From IMG/VR virus record IMGVR_UViG_3300025000_000058: a stretch of DNA of 64,000 bases. One strand, given 5' to 3'. Position 1 is the first letter of the stretch. The number at the start of each line of letters is the position of its first letter. The translations under genes were made by a program, and so were the position numbers. This stretch comes from a virus. Its lineage: Duplodnaviria; Heunggongvirae; Uroviricota; Caudoviricetes. The notes under the pieces are model-generated. The model was given only the letters and a program-made list of their open reading frames with translations, did not search any database and was not told where the DNA came from. Positions 1-9,316 of the stretch are shown piece after piece.

Positions 1-2640
1 GCTTCAACATTACTGTATTGCAGTTTTAACGGTGATGCTAATGGAAATGGTGGGTCGTATATACCAACTAAAACAGGGGCAGGAATTCCTTATTATACTA
101 GAAGTGTATCTGGTTCAGGAATGGAAGTGCAGAATTTATACAATTATAGTTACCCTGTAGCGGTTGATCCTAATGTCGGAACTATTGAGCTTATTGTTAA
201 GCCACATTTTGGAAGGTTTGATGATACTAATACTAAACGAATATTGAATATTGTAACCGCTAATGGAAACAGGTTATTCTTTCTGATAATAAGCCAAGGT
301 ACAGGTGGAAACGGTGTAAGACTAGAATGGAAAAATATAGATAATGCTAATATAACAAATGGTCAGCTAATATCAACTAATCAAACATGGTCGATGGACG
401 ATTTCTTGTTTATTAAATTTGAGTGGGATAAAGTAAATAACTACCACCGTTTAGAAGTCAATGGTGTTCTTGTACAGGAACTTCCGTATCCAACTGGGGT
501 CACAACATCTGCCCCGACAGCTATTGAGGTAGGTGATAGCTTAGTAAGCATTTCAAAATATCAAATAGCCGAATTAAGGATTTATAATACAGTAAGAAAT
601 CCAAGGCTTCCCCATTCTCAATTACCTAATGATGTTTTACAGGGCCATGCTAAAGTTATGCAATCTTTTGACTATCAAAGGTTAGTACACTCTGACGCAC
701 TAACAAGCCAGTATACACGATCTTTCGCCAAGTTACCTTCTGTAGGTGCATCAGATAGATGCGTTACTGTTACTAAAGTAGGAGCAAACGCCGCTATTTG
801 GGAAGCCACTGATACTATTAAGGTAATAGGATTGGGTGGGGAAATAATTTCCGGTGTTATTGATACTGATACTGCTTTGGCAAGGGTAATAGCTGACGTA
901 CCTAGTTCTACGAGTACTGTAACTTTTTACGTGGATGATGTAACAAAATTTACTGTAAGTGATACTTTTAGAATGACATTCTATTCTGGCAGTTTAGATT
1001 CGCATATTTTTACTGTTTCTGCTATAGATTCGACGCTTAAAACCATTACCGCAACTTTTTCTGGAACTGTGTCTGCTATCTCTGGAGCATTACTATTTGA
1101 AACTACAGCTTCATCCTCTAGTCCAGTAGTAAAGTATTCTGAAGCCGGAACGCTTACTGTTGTTCCTGGTACTTGGGCTAATTTAGGTACAAACGCACCA
1201 GTGTTTACATTAGGTGATTTGTCGGGTATACCAAACTTCGACATAGAGACTGTACAGATTGAGTATTCTTTAAATATTCCTGCTGGGAATGGTGGAATAA
1301 GCGAAGTCTACTCAGAAACCCTGCAAGGCAGTGTGAAAGGCAAGAAGCTAATCACTGGAACTGTCGCAGTAAGGGATGATTACGCAGGAAAAATAGCGGG
1401 AAGCACAGTTGTTTGCCCTTGTGTTTCTAAATCTGCTGTAGCTGCTACTTTATTAGTACCTACCGATGTAGGTTGGACTGAATTGATTCAGGGAGAGTAT
1501 GACAAGATAAAAACGCTAGATGGAGTACCAAGTACGGTTACTACTTCTGTAAACGGTAATTATTCTCTACAATCATTTTCTTATAATTTAATACGTGAAG
1601 TGGAAGACAAACACGGTACTATACCTGCATTAGATGTTCCAGGTAAAGTACAGTGGTTAAAAGATAGCTTTAGTAAATTAACCGGAAATGTTTGGGGATA
1701 CGGTAGTAGTGCTGGTGGAAATCTATTAGAAATTTATATATGGAAAGTCACTACATCTGCTTGGATTAAAAGTGCCTCTAATAATGCTGTAGGTACTGTC
1801 CAAAAAATATCCTATAATGCTGTTACAGGGTTAGCTGATTACATTACTGCCGATGGTTTTGTTCACTTTTTAGTGTCTGCACCTGTATCGAATGGGGTTA
1901 CTGCTAGTACAATAAATATTGACTATCCTAACTGTGAAATTGAACTGAAATCATTGACAGGTTATGACATGCTCGTGCCTGAGAACCCTAGACGGGATGA
2001 TGGGCTTTCAGGAGTACTACAGGTGAGGAAAGAGACTAAAGAAATACAATCATATTTCCCGTTGGTGAATACTGATCAAGTAACTACCTGGGGGAATTAT
2101 GTTCCATATCAGGGAGTAGGGGATTTAGGAGAAGGTTCTATTATAGCTATTGGTAAACCGATTATAACTAATTATGGTACTGGTGGAGTATTGAATTATG
2201 CTGATAATATATATGGTAGTCCTTTAATTCACAAATTACCAAGTTTTAATCATTATTCATATAATTTTAATCCAGCAGAAGCAATTCTAACTGATGGTAC
2301 AGGAAAAATTTCATTTGAGACATCGTTATCACCTAACTACATTGACCAACTACAAAATAATATTTATCGTAAAAGAGTTATTATAGGTCAATTCAAAAGG
2401 GCAACTTCAATGTCACCAATTAGAGGAATACCATTGCGTTTTTATCCAATTAATTCGCAACAATATTTACAGTTGGCTTTTAAAGATAATTTTACAAATG
2501 CTGTGGCTATTCTACCTTTATTAGCTGTTGTAAATAATGAATTAGTTTTAATTATTATTACTTCTAATGCTCGTGTGAAATATCACGATAATATTGGGTG
2601 GGATATGTTTAAAATACCAGGAAGGCCGCTAATCAAGTAA
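1..2640 (+). CDS. Phage tail/tail-fibre structural protein with N-terminal LamG/ConA-like domain, 5'-partial
   Basis: Frame is open from base 1, so the ATG at 121 is internal. LamG-like motifs GTIELIVKP, LEVNGVLV, IAELRIYN; Thr/Ser/Gly-rich beta-type sequence; lies just upstream of the lysis genes. Confidence 0.7.
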   Translation, partial: ASTLLYCSFNGDANGNGGSYIPTKTGAGIPYYTRSVSGSGMEVQNLYNYSYPVAVDPNVGTIELIVKPHFGRFDDTNTKRILNIVTANGNRLFFLIISQGTGGNGVRLEWKNIDNANITNGQLISTNQTWSMDDFLFIKFEWDKVNNYHRLEVNGVLVQELPYPTGVTTSAPTAIEVGDSLVSISKYQIAELRIYNTVRNPRLPHSQLPNDVLQGHAKVMQSFDYQRLVHSDALTSQYTRSFAKLPSVGASDRCVTVTKVGANAAIWEATDTIKVIGLGGEIISGVIDTDTALARVIADVPSSTSTVTFYVDDVTKFTVSDTFRMTFYSGSLDSHIFTVSAIDSTLKTITATFSGTVSAISGALLFETTASSSSPVVKYSEAGTLTVVPGTWANLGTNAPVFTLGDLSGIPNFDIETVQIEYSLNIPAGNGGISEVYSETLQGSVKGKKLITGTVAVRDDYAGKIAGSTVVCPCVSKSAVAATLLVPTDVGWTELIQGEYDKIKTLDGVPSTVTTSVNGNYSLQSFSYNLIREVEDKHGTIPALDVPGKVQWLKDSFSKLTGNVWGYGSSAGGNLLEIYIWKVTTSAWIKSASNNAVGTVQKISYNAVTGLADYITADGFVHFLVSAPVSNGVTASTINIDYPNCEIELKSLTGYDMLVPENPRRDDGLSGVLQVRKETKEIQSYFPLVNTDQVTTWGNYVPYQGVGDLGEGSIIAIGKPIITNYGTGGVLNYADNIYGSPLIHKLPSFNHYSYNFNPAEAILTDGTGKISFETSLSPNYIDQLQNNIYRKRVIIGQFKRATSMSPIRGIPLRFYPINSQQYLQLAFKDNFTNAVAILPLLAVVNNELVLIIITSNARVKYHDNIGWDMFKIPGRPLIK

Positions 2641-2653
2641 AGGAGGTAAAACT

Positions 2654-3292
2654 ATGCAAGTATTTATAGACCCTTTCACTAAAAATGTTTCTCAGCAAGG
2701 TCTTTATTCTATCTCTTTGCCCGAAGATTTCTCCCTGTCTAAGACAGTGGAGGAAATCCAGGGTGAGAAGCAGAAGACCAATGAACAGGGGCAATTGCTT
2801 TTTATAACACCCGAAGGTGAAGAAACAACTGAATCAGAGGATAATGAACCTATTATAATTCCTGATGTTATTGTTAAGCAGGTTACTTTTGCTGAAAATC
2901 CTTACATTTTTAGTGTAAATGAAGTAGCCCAACGTAAATTCGAAATTATAACACAACAATTAGGATTTGCTAATGCGTATGCCGATGAATTTTTAACAGA
3001 AGATGATATTGATTTTAATTATTCTAATCATAGTGCTAATACTGGAGTAAAAGTATTAGAATTATTGTCTAATGGTGGTCAATGTAAAACAAAAACAATA
3101 ACATTAACTATACCTGCAAAAGAGTTTGTTTTATATTTAGAATCTAGTGCAAATGTAACAGTGGAATTAAATGGAATTCCTTTTGTTAATGATAAAGTAT
3201 TATTGTCTGCCAGTACTTTAGAAATTGTTTTAGTATTTAAAAATGAAACAATAAATAATGTAAATGTAAATGCTTATGCAATACTTTATTAA
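2654..3292 (+). CDS. Tail-module hypothetical protein (212 aa)
   Basis: GGAGGT SD upstream; directly follows the tail protein gene. Confidence 0.6.
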   Translation: MQVFIDPFTKNVSQQGLYSISLPEDFSLSKTVEEIQGEKQKTNEQGQLLFITPEGEETTESEDNEPIIIPDVIVKQVTFAENPYIFSVNEVAQRKFEIITQQLGFANAYADEFLTEDDIDFNYSNHSANTGVKVLELLSNGGQCKTKTITLTIPAKEFVLYLESSANVTVELNGIPFVNDKVLLSASTLEIVLVFKNETINNVNVNAYAILY

Positions 3293-3322
3293 ATTAAATT
3301 TTAAAAAATAGGAGGTAATATT

Positions 3323-3493
3323 ATGGGTATTCAAGTTAAAGTTGAAAAAATAAATATTCCAGTGTCAATACAAGATGAAAAAATTGCTAATTTAGAACAG
3401 GAAAATATAAATTTACAAAATGAGTTAGCACAAACAAATAATGATTTTTTACAGTTTATGGAATTTTATTTTAGTAGTAATCCTGAATTATAA
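3323..3493 (+). CDS. Small coiled-coil tail-associated protein (56 aa, MGIQVKVEKINIPV...SSNPEL), missing from the ORF track
   Basis: GGAGGT SD, ATG at 3323, TAA at 3491-3493; typical position before an XkdX-like gene. Confidence 0.65.
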   Translation: MGIQVKVEKINIPVSIQDEKIANLEQENINLQNELAQTNNDFLQFMEFYFSSNPEL

Positions 3494-3519
3494 AAATAAA
3501 TTTAAGGAGGAGTTTATCA

Positions 3520-3747
3520 ATGACTTTAATACAACCTGCAATTTTAAATTTTAGGACTAGTACATATGCAAGAAATATTTATTTGTATGGAAATACAACT
3601 TTTTCAGCAATACCTACAGAATATGTTGAACCAGTTAAACAATATGCAGCTGTAACATTTTCTATTACACAAATTGATAATGCATTAACACAAGGATGGA
3701 TAACACAACAAGAATATGATGATACAATAGCTTATATTCCTGTTTAA
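3520..3747 (+). CDS. XkdX-like small phage protein
   Basis: C-terminal IDNALTQGWITQQEYDDTI pattern; located between tail genes and endolysin. Confidence 0.55.
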   Translation: MTLIQPAILNFRTSTYARNIYLYGNTTFSAIPTEYVEPVKQYAAVTFSITQIDNALTQGWITQQEYDDTIAYIPV

Positions 3748-3780
3748 AATTTAATAAGTGAATTAAAGGAGGACGACAAT

Positions 3781-4548
3781 ATTAAAATGAAAATATTGAT
3801 ATTAGATAAAGGACATATAGGAAAAAATCCTTCTGAAGATTGTGGTGCGTTTGGGAATGGTTTATATGAGTCAGATTTAACAGATATTATAGTTGAAGGA
3901 ATTAAAAAACGTATATTAAACAAATACGATGTAGATATAAAAATTGCCCCAAGAGGGACATTAAATGATAGAACTAATTTTGCTAATTCTATTAATGCAG
4001 ATTATTTTTTAAGTGTGCATATAAATAGTGCAGTTAATGAAAAAGCAACTGGATTTGAGTCATTTATACATAATAATGCTAGTCAAAAATCATTAGATAT
4101 ACAAAACATACTTCATAAAGAAATTATGGAGTATATGAAACAATATAATGTATTTGATAGAGGTAAAAAGAGAGCGAATTTTGCTGTTTTAAGAAATAGT
4201 AAATGTAGTGCATGTTTAATTGAGTGTTTATTCATTAATTCACCCAAAGATGCAGAATTGCTTAAAAATAATAAGTTTTTAGATGGGCTATCTAATAGTA
4301 TTACGTTTGGTTTAGTTCAAGCATTAAATTTAAAATTGAAAGAGAATGCTAGTGATATAACTGAGAATATAAATACAAATATACTACAAACCAAAAACGC
4401 TAAAAATATTGTAATTAATGGTGTTAAAGTAGAAGTTGATAATTATACAATTAACGAAACTACATACTTAAATGCTAAAGATGTTGCTAAGATATTTAAT
4501 AAAAAAATTAATTGGGATGCAGAAACTAAAACAGTATCAATTAATTAA
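3781..4548 (+). CDS. Endolysin, N-acetylmuramoyl-L-alanine amidase (Amidase_3) with C-terminal stalk/copper-amine-oxidase-like domain
   Basis: ILDKGH, E, SVHIN and ACLIECLF zinc-amidase motifs; C-terminal VAKIFNKKINWDAETKTVSIN. SD AGGAGG is 8 nt from an in-frame ATT (3781) but 14 nt from the ATG (3787). Confidence 0.9.
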   Translation: MKMKILILDKGHIGKNPSEDCGAFGNGLYESDLTDIIVEGIKKRILNKYDVDIKIAPRGTLNDRTNFANSINADYFLSVHINSAVNEKATGFESFIHNNASQKSLDIQNILHKEIMEYMKQYNVFDRGKKRANFAVLRNSKCSACLIECLFINSPKDAELLKNNKFLDGLSNSITFGLVQALNLKLKENASDITENINTNILQTKNAKNIVINGVKVEVDNYTINETTYLNAKDVAKIFNKKINWDAETKTVSIN

Positions 4549-4554
4549 CTAAAT

Positions 4555-4636
4555 TATAAAAGTTAAAGGGTGTATAACACCCAACACCCTTTAACATATC
4601 TTTAATCAATAATAAAGAGTCAGCTTTATTATTGAC
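4555..4636 (-). ncRNA. Candidate ~80-nt antisense small RNA with two hairpins
   Basis: Starts just downstream of a consensus - strand promoter; 12-bp hairpin at 4606-4635, then the terminator hairpin at 4562-4595. Confidence 0.45.
4562..4595 (-). terminator. Intrinsic terminator hairpin with U-tail on the - strand
   Basis: Perfect 12-bp inverted repeat gttaaagggtgt/acaccctttaac, followed on the - strand by TTTTATAATTT. Confidence 0.65.
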
Positions 4637-4642
4637 AAATCT

Positions 4643-4672
4643 ATTATACCATACGAGGGGTGAATATGTCAA
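4643..4672 (-). promoter_or_regulatory. Consensus sigmaA promoter, antisense to the lysis cassette
   Basis: - strand TTGACA-18 nt-TATAAT with an extended TG at -15/-14. Confidence 0.7.
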
Positions 4673-4689
4673 TGGTAGGTGAAGATAAA

Positions 4690-5055
4690 ATGTCAATGGA
4701 TTTAGAAATAAAAGAAAAATTTGAAGAGCATGAATCAAAAATAGAACAACATGAAAATCGTATTAGAACGCTAGAAATAGAAACTGCACAGTCAAGAGAA
4801 GCTTTATCTAATCTTCAAAAAGGACAAGATAAATTAGAGTTAGCAATACAAAGATTGGAAAATATTACTGTAACCAATGGTAATGCAATGTTTAATTCAA
4901 TAAATACATTCGCACAATTAATTGAAACAAGAGATACAAATAATACAGAAAAAACTGTCGCGAAAAGCCGAAATATTAAAGATATTATTGTTCAAGGTAT
5001 TATAACTGGTGGGGCATTAATTGGAGGATTCTTTGCTGGGGGTGGAGGAAAATAA
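4690..5055 (+). CDS. XhlA-like holin (coiled coil plus C-terminal TM segment)
   Basis: Coiled coil followed by hydrophobic IIVQGIITGGALIGGFFAGGG; next to the endolysin. Alternative upstream starts at 4660 and 4666. Confidence 0.6.
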   Translation: MSMDLEIKEKFEEHESKIEQHENRIRTLEIETAQSREALSNLQKGQDKLELAIQRLENITVTNGNAMFNSINTFAQLIETRDTNNTEKTVAKSRNIKDIIVQGIITGGALIGGFFAGGGGK

Positions 5056-5153
5056 AATATTAAATAATTAGCACTATATAATATGACAATGTTAAAAAAT
5101 ATATACCAAAAAAGTAGCAAGTAAAATAAATTATAAAGGAGTGTATATTTGTA

Positions 5154-5426
5154 ATGGATAGAGTATATTTTGGAAGTAATGATTTATTGGTTAGCACTGC
5201 AAATAAAGAATTAATTCAGCAACATGCACCAAGGGCAGGATATGAAATAAGAGCTTATAAATTTAGTTTTATGAACAATGAAAATTGTCACGTAAAAATA
5301 AACGGAAGTGGGCAAATATTATTGCAAGCAGGGCAAGGTTTTAATATTGATAAAGATGATGAAAAAATATTATCATTTGTTATTGTTGAAGCAGGAATTA
5401 CATATAATTACATTGGATTATATTAA
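5154..5426 (+). CDS. Hypothetical protein (90 aa)
   Basis: SD GGAGTG; clean ORF. Confidence 0.6.
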   Translation: MDRVYFGSNDLLVSTANKELIQQHAPRAGYEIRAYKFSFMNNENCHVKINGSGQILLQAGQGFNIDKDDEKILSFVIVEAGITYNYIGLY

Positions 5427-5459
5427 AAAATAATTAATATTAAAGAAGGAGGAATAAAA

Positions 5460-6473
5460 ATGTCTGGACTATTTAATGATAATGGCTTAGTATTACACAA
5501 TATACTAAAACAATTACAGGGACTAGGAACAGGAAATCAATCAATTATTCCAATTAACAGTAGTGAAGATGAAATATTTACAGCAGATAATCCTGCTGTA
5601 GTTGAAGTACAAGATTTAGATAAATATGATGGTGGTATTGCAACTGGAGGTAGTAAAACTACTATTGTAGATACTACTAAAGATTTTGTAACAAATATGT
5701 TTACTGGTAATATAGCAAAAGTAAATATTTCAGGCAAAGAATATTATAGGACTGTTGCAAGTAATACTGCAACAACATTAACAATTGCAACATTGCCTGG
5801 GGCGAGTGCAACTGCGAAAATTGGTGAAACAGGTACTTCTGAAGTAACAATTACTGTTGTAGCTGAAGGAATTGAGGGTAATGAATATAGTGTTGAAGTT
5901 GTAGAAGCTCCTGGAACAAATGATAATTTATCAGCATCATTAACAGGGGATGTATTAACTGTATACTTAGGTAAAACTTCTGACTCATTAGATAATACAA
6001 AAAACACTGGAACTCTTGTTGCCAGTGCAATTGATGCGTTGCCAGAATTCACTGCTGTTCTTACAGGCTCAGGTGGTGTTGTACCAGTAACAGTTAATCC
6101 TGTAGAATTTAGTGGTGGTATTGCTACAGTAAGACCTACTGTTGGCACACTTTATCAGATTATGAGAAAAAATATTATATCTGATGGTGGCAATTCTATT
6201 ACAGTAGATGGTTCTGTAAACATTGCAGGAAGTACACTTGTAGAACAACTTACTCAAGCTGATGCTGAAACTGGAGTAATAACATTTGCAGAAAATATCT
6301 CTACAATTAAAATACATAATACAGATGCAGTTAATGCTGGTGTATTTACTGTTAATGGTATTGATATTACTGTTCCAGTAAGTACTATAGTAAAAGAAAC
6401 AATTGGGGGTATTCCTAGTAAAGATGTGACTATAACAGGAGCAACAACATATATTGTTTCTAGGTATGAATAA
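5460..6473 (+). CDS. Thr/Val/Gly-rich probable virion accessory protein (337 aa)
   Basis: Strong SD; beta-rich composition; internal segment (GIEGNEYSVEVV...LTVYLG...FSGG) resembles tail-sheath insertion domains. Confidence 0.5.
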   Translation: MSGLFNDNGLVLHNILKQLQGLGTGNQSIIPINSSEDEIFTADNPAVVEVQDLDKYDGGIATGGSKTTIVDTTKDFVTNMFTGNIAKVNISGKEYYRTVASNTATTLTIATLPGASATAKIGETGTSEVTITVVAEGIEGNEYSVEVVEAPGTNDNLSASLTGDVLTVYLGKTSDSLDNTKNTGTLVASAIDALPEFTAVLTGSGGVVPVTVNPVEFSGGIATVRPTVGTLYQIMRKNIISDGGNSITVDGSVNIAGSTLVEQLTQADAETGVITFAENISTIKIHNTDAVNAGVFTVNGIDITVPVSTIVKETIGGIPSKDVTITGATTYIVSRYE

Positions 6474-6507
6474 TAAAAGTAATATTGAATAAAAGGGTGG
6501 ATGTTTA

Positions 6508-6831
6508 ATGGATACTAATCAATTTTTTGATTTAACAATGTTAGCAACATTGCCAGGTATTACAGCAGGTGTATTATTGGTTGTACAATTTACAAAAAAT
6601 ATAATTGATTTTATAATATTATATTTATGCAATATGCTTAGAATACCAATTGAAAAATTTCCTACAAGTACATGGGTAGTAATTATTAGTGAAGCAATGT
6701 TATTTACAGTAACATATTTCACTAATGGTAGTTTAGACGTAAAAACAATATTTATAACTAGTTTAAATGGATTAATAGTCGCTGGTTCTGGAATGAAAGT
6801 GTTTGAATCAATGACAAAATCAAACACATAA
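6508..6831 (+). CDS. Holin-like membrane protein with about 3 TM helices
   Basis: Hydrophobic segments ITAGVLLVVQF, WVVIISEAMLFTV, IFITSLNGLIVAGSG. Confidence 0.6.
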   Translation: MDTNQFFDLTMLATLPGITAGVLLVVQFTKNIIDFIILYLCNMLRIPIEKFPTSTWVVIISEAMLFTVTYFTNGSLDVKTIFITSLNGLIVAGSGMKVFESMTKSNT

Positions 6832-6849
6832 ATATAAGATTTAATTTAT

Positions 6850-6884
6850 CCCTTCTGAGAATTTTCAGAAGGGTTTATTTTTTT
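6850..6884 (+). terminator. Rho-independent terminator
   Basis: cccttctga/tcagaaggg stem followed by a T run. Confidence 0.8.
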
Positions 6885-6908
6885 ATTTAGAGTAAAAGGA
6901 GAATATTT

Positions 6909-7442
6909 ATGATTAAAAATAAAGGCAAGCAATTTGAAAATGATTTAAAAGATTCATGCAAATCAGAAAAGATATTCTATTATAGAATTAAAGATAGTGC
7001 ATCAGCATTTAATGAAAAATGTTTTAAATGTAAAGATAATAAAAATAAATTTACACTAAAGAATGAATGTGATTTTTTAGTTTTCCATCCTCCTATATTA
7101 ATACCAATTGAATGTAAATCAGTATCAACCAAATCAATTAGCTTGTCAGAAAGTATGATAAAACCACAGCAAATAGAAAGCTTAACAAAGTGGTCAGTGT
7201 TTGAAAATGTTGTGCCAGGGTTTATATTTAATTTTAGAGAGGTTGATAATGATACATATTTTTTACATATAAATGATTTTAATAATTATGTTAAAGATGA
7301 AAATAGAAAAAATAAAGCAAGTATTCCAGTAGCATATTGTGAAAAAATGGGTATTAAGATCGATAGTATGAAAAAAGTAAAGAATTATAAATACGATGTA
7401 ATAGAATTGTTTGATAAATTAAGTGTGAGATATACAAATTAA
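6909..7442 (+). CDS. recU: RecU-like Holliday junction resolvase
   Basis: NKGKQFE, CDF and IECKS (PD-(D/E)XK) motifs typical of phage RecU. Confidence 0.8.
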   Translation: MIKNKGKQFENDLKDSCKSEKIFYYRIKDSASAFNEKCFKCKDNKNKFTLKNECDFLVFHPPILIPIECKSVSTKSISLSESMIKPQQIESLTKWSVFENVVPGFIFNFREVDNDTYFLHINDFNNYVKDENRKNKASIPVAYCEKMGIKIDSMKKVKNYKYDVIELFDKLSVRYTN

Positions 7443-7702
7443 TTTATATTTTTATTTATGTGTAAATTATGAAAATATTTTCTACAATTACTGCAATATG
7501 TTATTTTGTTTTTAGTTTTATGTTTACTAGTAGGATAATCCATTATTTTATTGCATTGTGGACATTTGCCTTCTAATTGTCTTTGCAATCTATATTTTCT
7601 TTGTTTCATTCTGTCTCTGCAAGTATTACAACAATATATATGTTTTTTATTGATAGGTGAAAAAGAATTGCCACAGCATAAACATGAAATAGTATTTAAC
7701 AT
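7439..7702 (-). CDS. Zinc-ribbon protein
   Basis: Several CxxC pairs; has its own promoter and SD. Confidence 0.65.
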   Translation of the reverse strand: MLNTISCLCCGNSFSPINKKHIYCCNTCRDRMKQRKYRLQRQLEGKCPQCNKIMDYPTSKHKTKNKITYCSNCRKYFHNLHINKNIN

Positions 7703-7735
7703 AATTATTTCAGTCCCTTATTATAGAATATTTAT

Positions 7736-7764
7736 ATTATATAATATAAAATAATATATGTCAA
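7736..7764 (-). promoter_or_regulatory. sigmaA promoter
   Basis: TTGACA-17-TATAAT upstream of the 7702 start. Confidence 0.7.
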
Positions 7765-7780
7765 ATTAAATTAGTAATTA

Positions 7781-7823
7781 TAAAGGATACTAATAAAAAT
7801 AGTTATTAGTATCCTTTATTTTT
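7781..7823. terminator. 15-bp hairpin, probably a terminator
   Basis: taaaggatactaata/tattagtatccttta with a T run on the + side. Confidence 0.65.
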
Positions 7824-7824
7824 A

Positions 7825-8052
7825 TTACATATTCTTTTTATTAGTATATCTATTAATTTCTGAAAGTAATTTTTCTAAAACATCTTCTCTGCCTTTTCTA
7901 TAATTGCCATCTTGAAATAGTTTATTTTCTTCAATCAATTTATTTATAATATATTTTATTCTATTTTTTTCTGCAATTCTACCTTCTTCAAATGCTTCTT
8001 CTCTATGTTTACCTAACATACAACTTAACTCTCCATGACTAATTTCTGCCAT
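7825..8052 (-). CDS. Hypothetical protein (75 aa)
   Basis: SD AGGAGA; in an operon-like series. Confidence 0.6.
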   Translation of the reverse strand: MAEISHGELSCMLGKHREEAFEEGRIAEKNRIKYIINKLIEENKLFQDGNYRKGREDVLEKLLSEINRYTNKKNM

Positions 8053-8066
8053 TATATTTCTCCTTT

Positions 8067-8360
8067 TTATTCAGGATAAAATCCCAAAATATCTTTAACA
8101 GAAAAATTCCTTTCTGCATTTTTATCTAAATCAATGGCTTGTAATAAATGTTGATCTGTCCTATGGTATTTATTATTGCCATAATATATTGTTAATGGTT
8201 TTACATTTCTTGTTCCTTGTTTCCCTTCCCAATTCACATACTCAAATTTTAAAGTCCTCTCATCTTTAATTGCATTTCTAATATATCTTATTTTAGATGC
8301 TAGACTTACAATTTTACTTCCCAAAATTTCATTTCTTAAATTTAAATTAATATTCATCAT
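8067..8360 (-). CDS. Stand-alone WYL-domain protein
   Basis: LKFEYVNWEG...RNVKPLTIYY...LLQAIDLDKNAERNFSVKDI matches the WYL SH3-like pattern. Confidence 0.75.
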   Translation of the reverse strand: MMNINLNLRNEILGSKIVSLASKIRYIRNAIKDERTLKFEYVNWEGKQGTRNVKPLTIYYGNNKYHRTDQHLLQAIDLDKNAERNFSVKDILGFYPE

Positions 8361-8674
8361 TAATTTATCTCTCCTTTATTCATACATATTTTAAAATCAT
8401 TTATTTTTTCTGCTAATTTACAAAATGCCATATCTTCTAATTGTCCTTTGCTTGTACAAGGAAAACATTCAACAAGCATTCCAACAATAAAATCTTCACC
8501 TAAGTCCAGATTAACCAATTTTTTTATTGGTTGCATTGCCGTAAGAGTGTATTTATTATCTTCTGGTGGAATGTAATTAATATTTTGTGCTGAAGGTTTT
8601 CTTGGTCTTGATTGTGCTATAATTTCATTATGTCCACCTTTACAAAATATACTTCGTTTAAGGATACTATTCAT
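8360..8674 (-). CDS. Hypothetical protein (104 aa)
   Basis: SD present; overlaps the next gene. Confidence 0.6.
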   Translation of the reverse strand: MNSILKRSIFCKGGHNEIIAQSRPRKPSAQNINYIPPEDNKYTLTAMQPIKKLVNLDLGEDFIVGMLVECFPCTSKGQLEDMAFCKLAEKINDFKICMNKGEIN

Positions 8675-8967
8675 TGTTGTTCACCTTCTCTTTCTTTTTC
8701 TTATTAAATTTCTTTTCCTCTGTTCCTTTAATAATGGCAATTGTTTTTAATTTCTTAATAGGTATAATCAAATCTAATTGATTATTAATAACTTCATCAA
8801 TATTCATTCATCTGTTCTTGATTTTCCATTATATATCTGAATTTATCCATACCCTCTTTTAAACAAAGTGGGCCTAGTTTTTCTCTTACCTTACCAAGAT
8901 TAGATTTGTTATTAATTACAAACATATTAATCTCTCCTTTTATGTTTAATAATTATATATATGATTA

Positions 8968-9294
8968 TTAATCTTCATCTACTTCAATATAATAATTTCC
9001 AACAGTATCATCAAATTTCTTTTTATAATAATTACCTTGTAAAGCAATTCTATCAAATTCTCCAATAATTACTTCTTTATTATTTTTTCTCAAACCAATA
9101 GTAAGTAAATTTTTTGTTCCAATTGCTTTTCTTAAATCATTGCAAATATCAGTATATACATATCTATATTGGTCTTCTGCTTCGTTACTAGGATTTTGTT
9201 CTATATATTCTTCTAGTTTTTTCATATTTATCATGCAATTTATTAAATTTGGTTCAGTACTTCCATACCAATTTATAACATAAATTTTTCTCAT
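8968..9294 (-). CDS. Hypothetical protein
   Basis: SD GGAG upstream of the ATG at 9294. Confidence 0.6.
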   Translation of the reverse strand: MRKIYVINWYGSTEPNLINCMINMKKLEEYIEQNPSNEAEDQYRYVYTDICNDLRKAIGTKNLLTIGLRKNNKEVIIGEFDRIALQGNYYKKKFDDTVGNYYIEVDED

Positions 9295-9316
9295 TAATAT
9301 CAATCTCCTTTTTGTT

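Noticed and set aside
1-3300. Diversity-generating retroelement acting on the tail gene
   Set aside because: No reverse transcriptase and no TR/VR repeat pair seen in the window.
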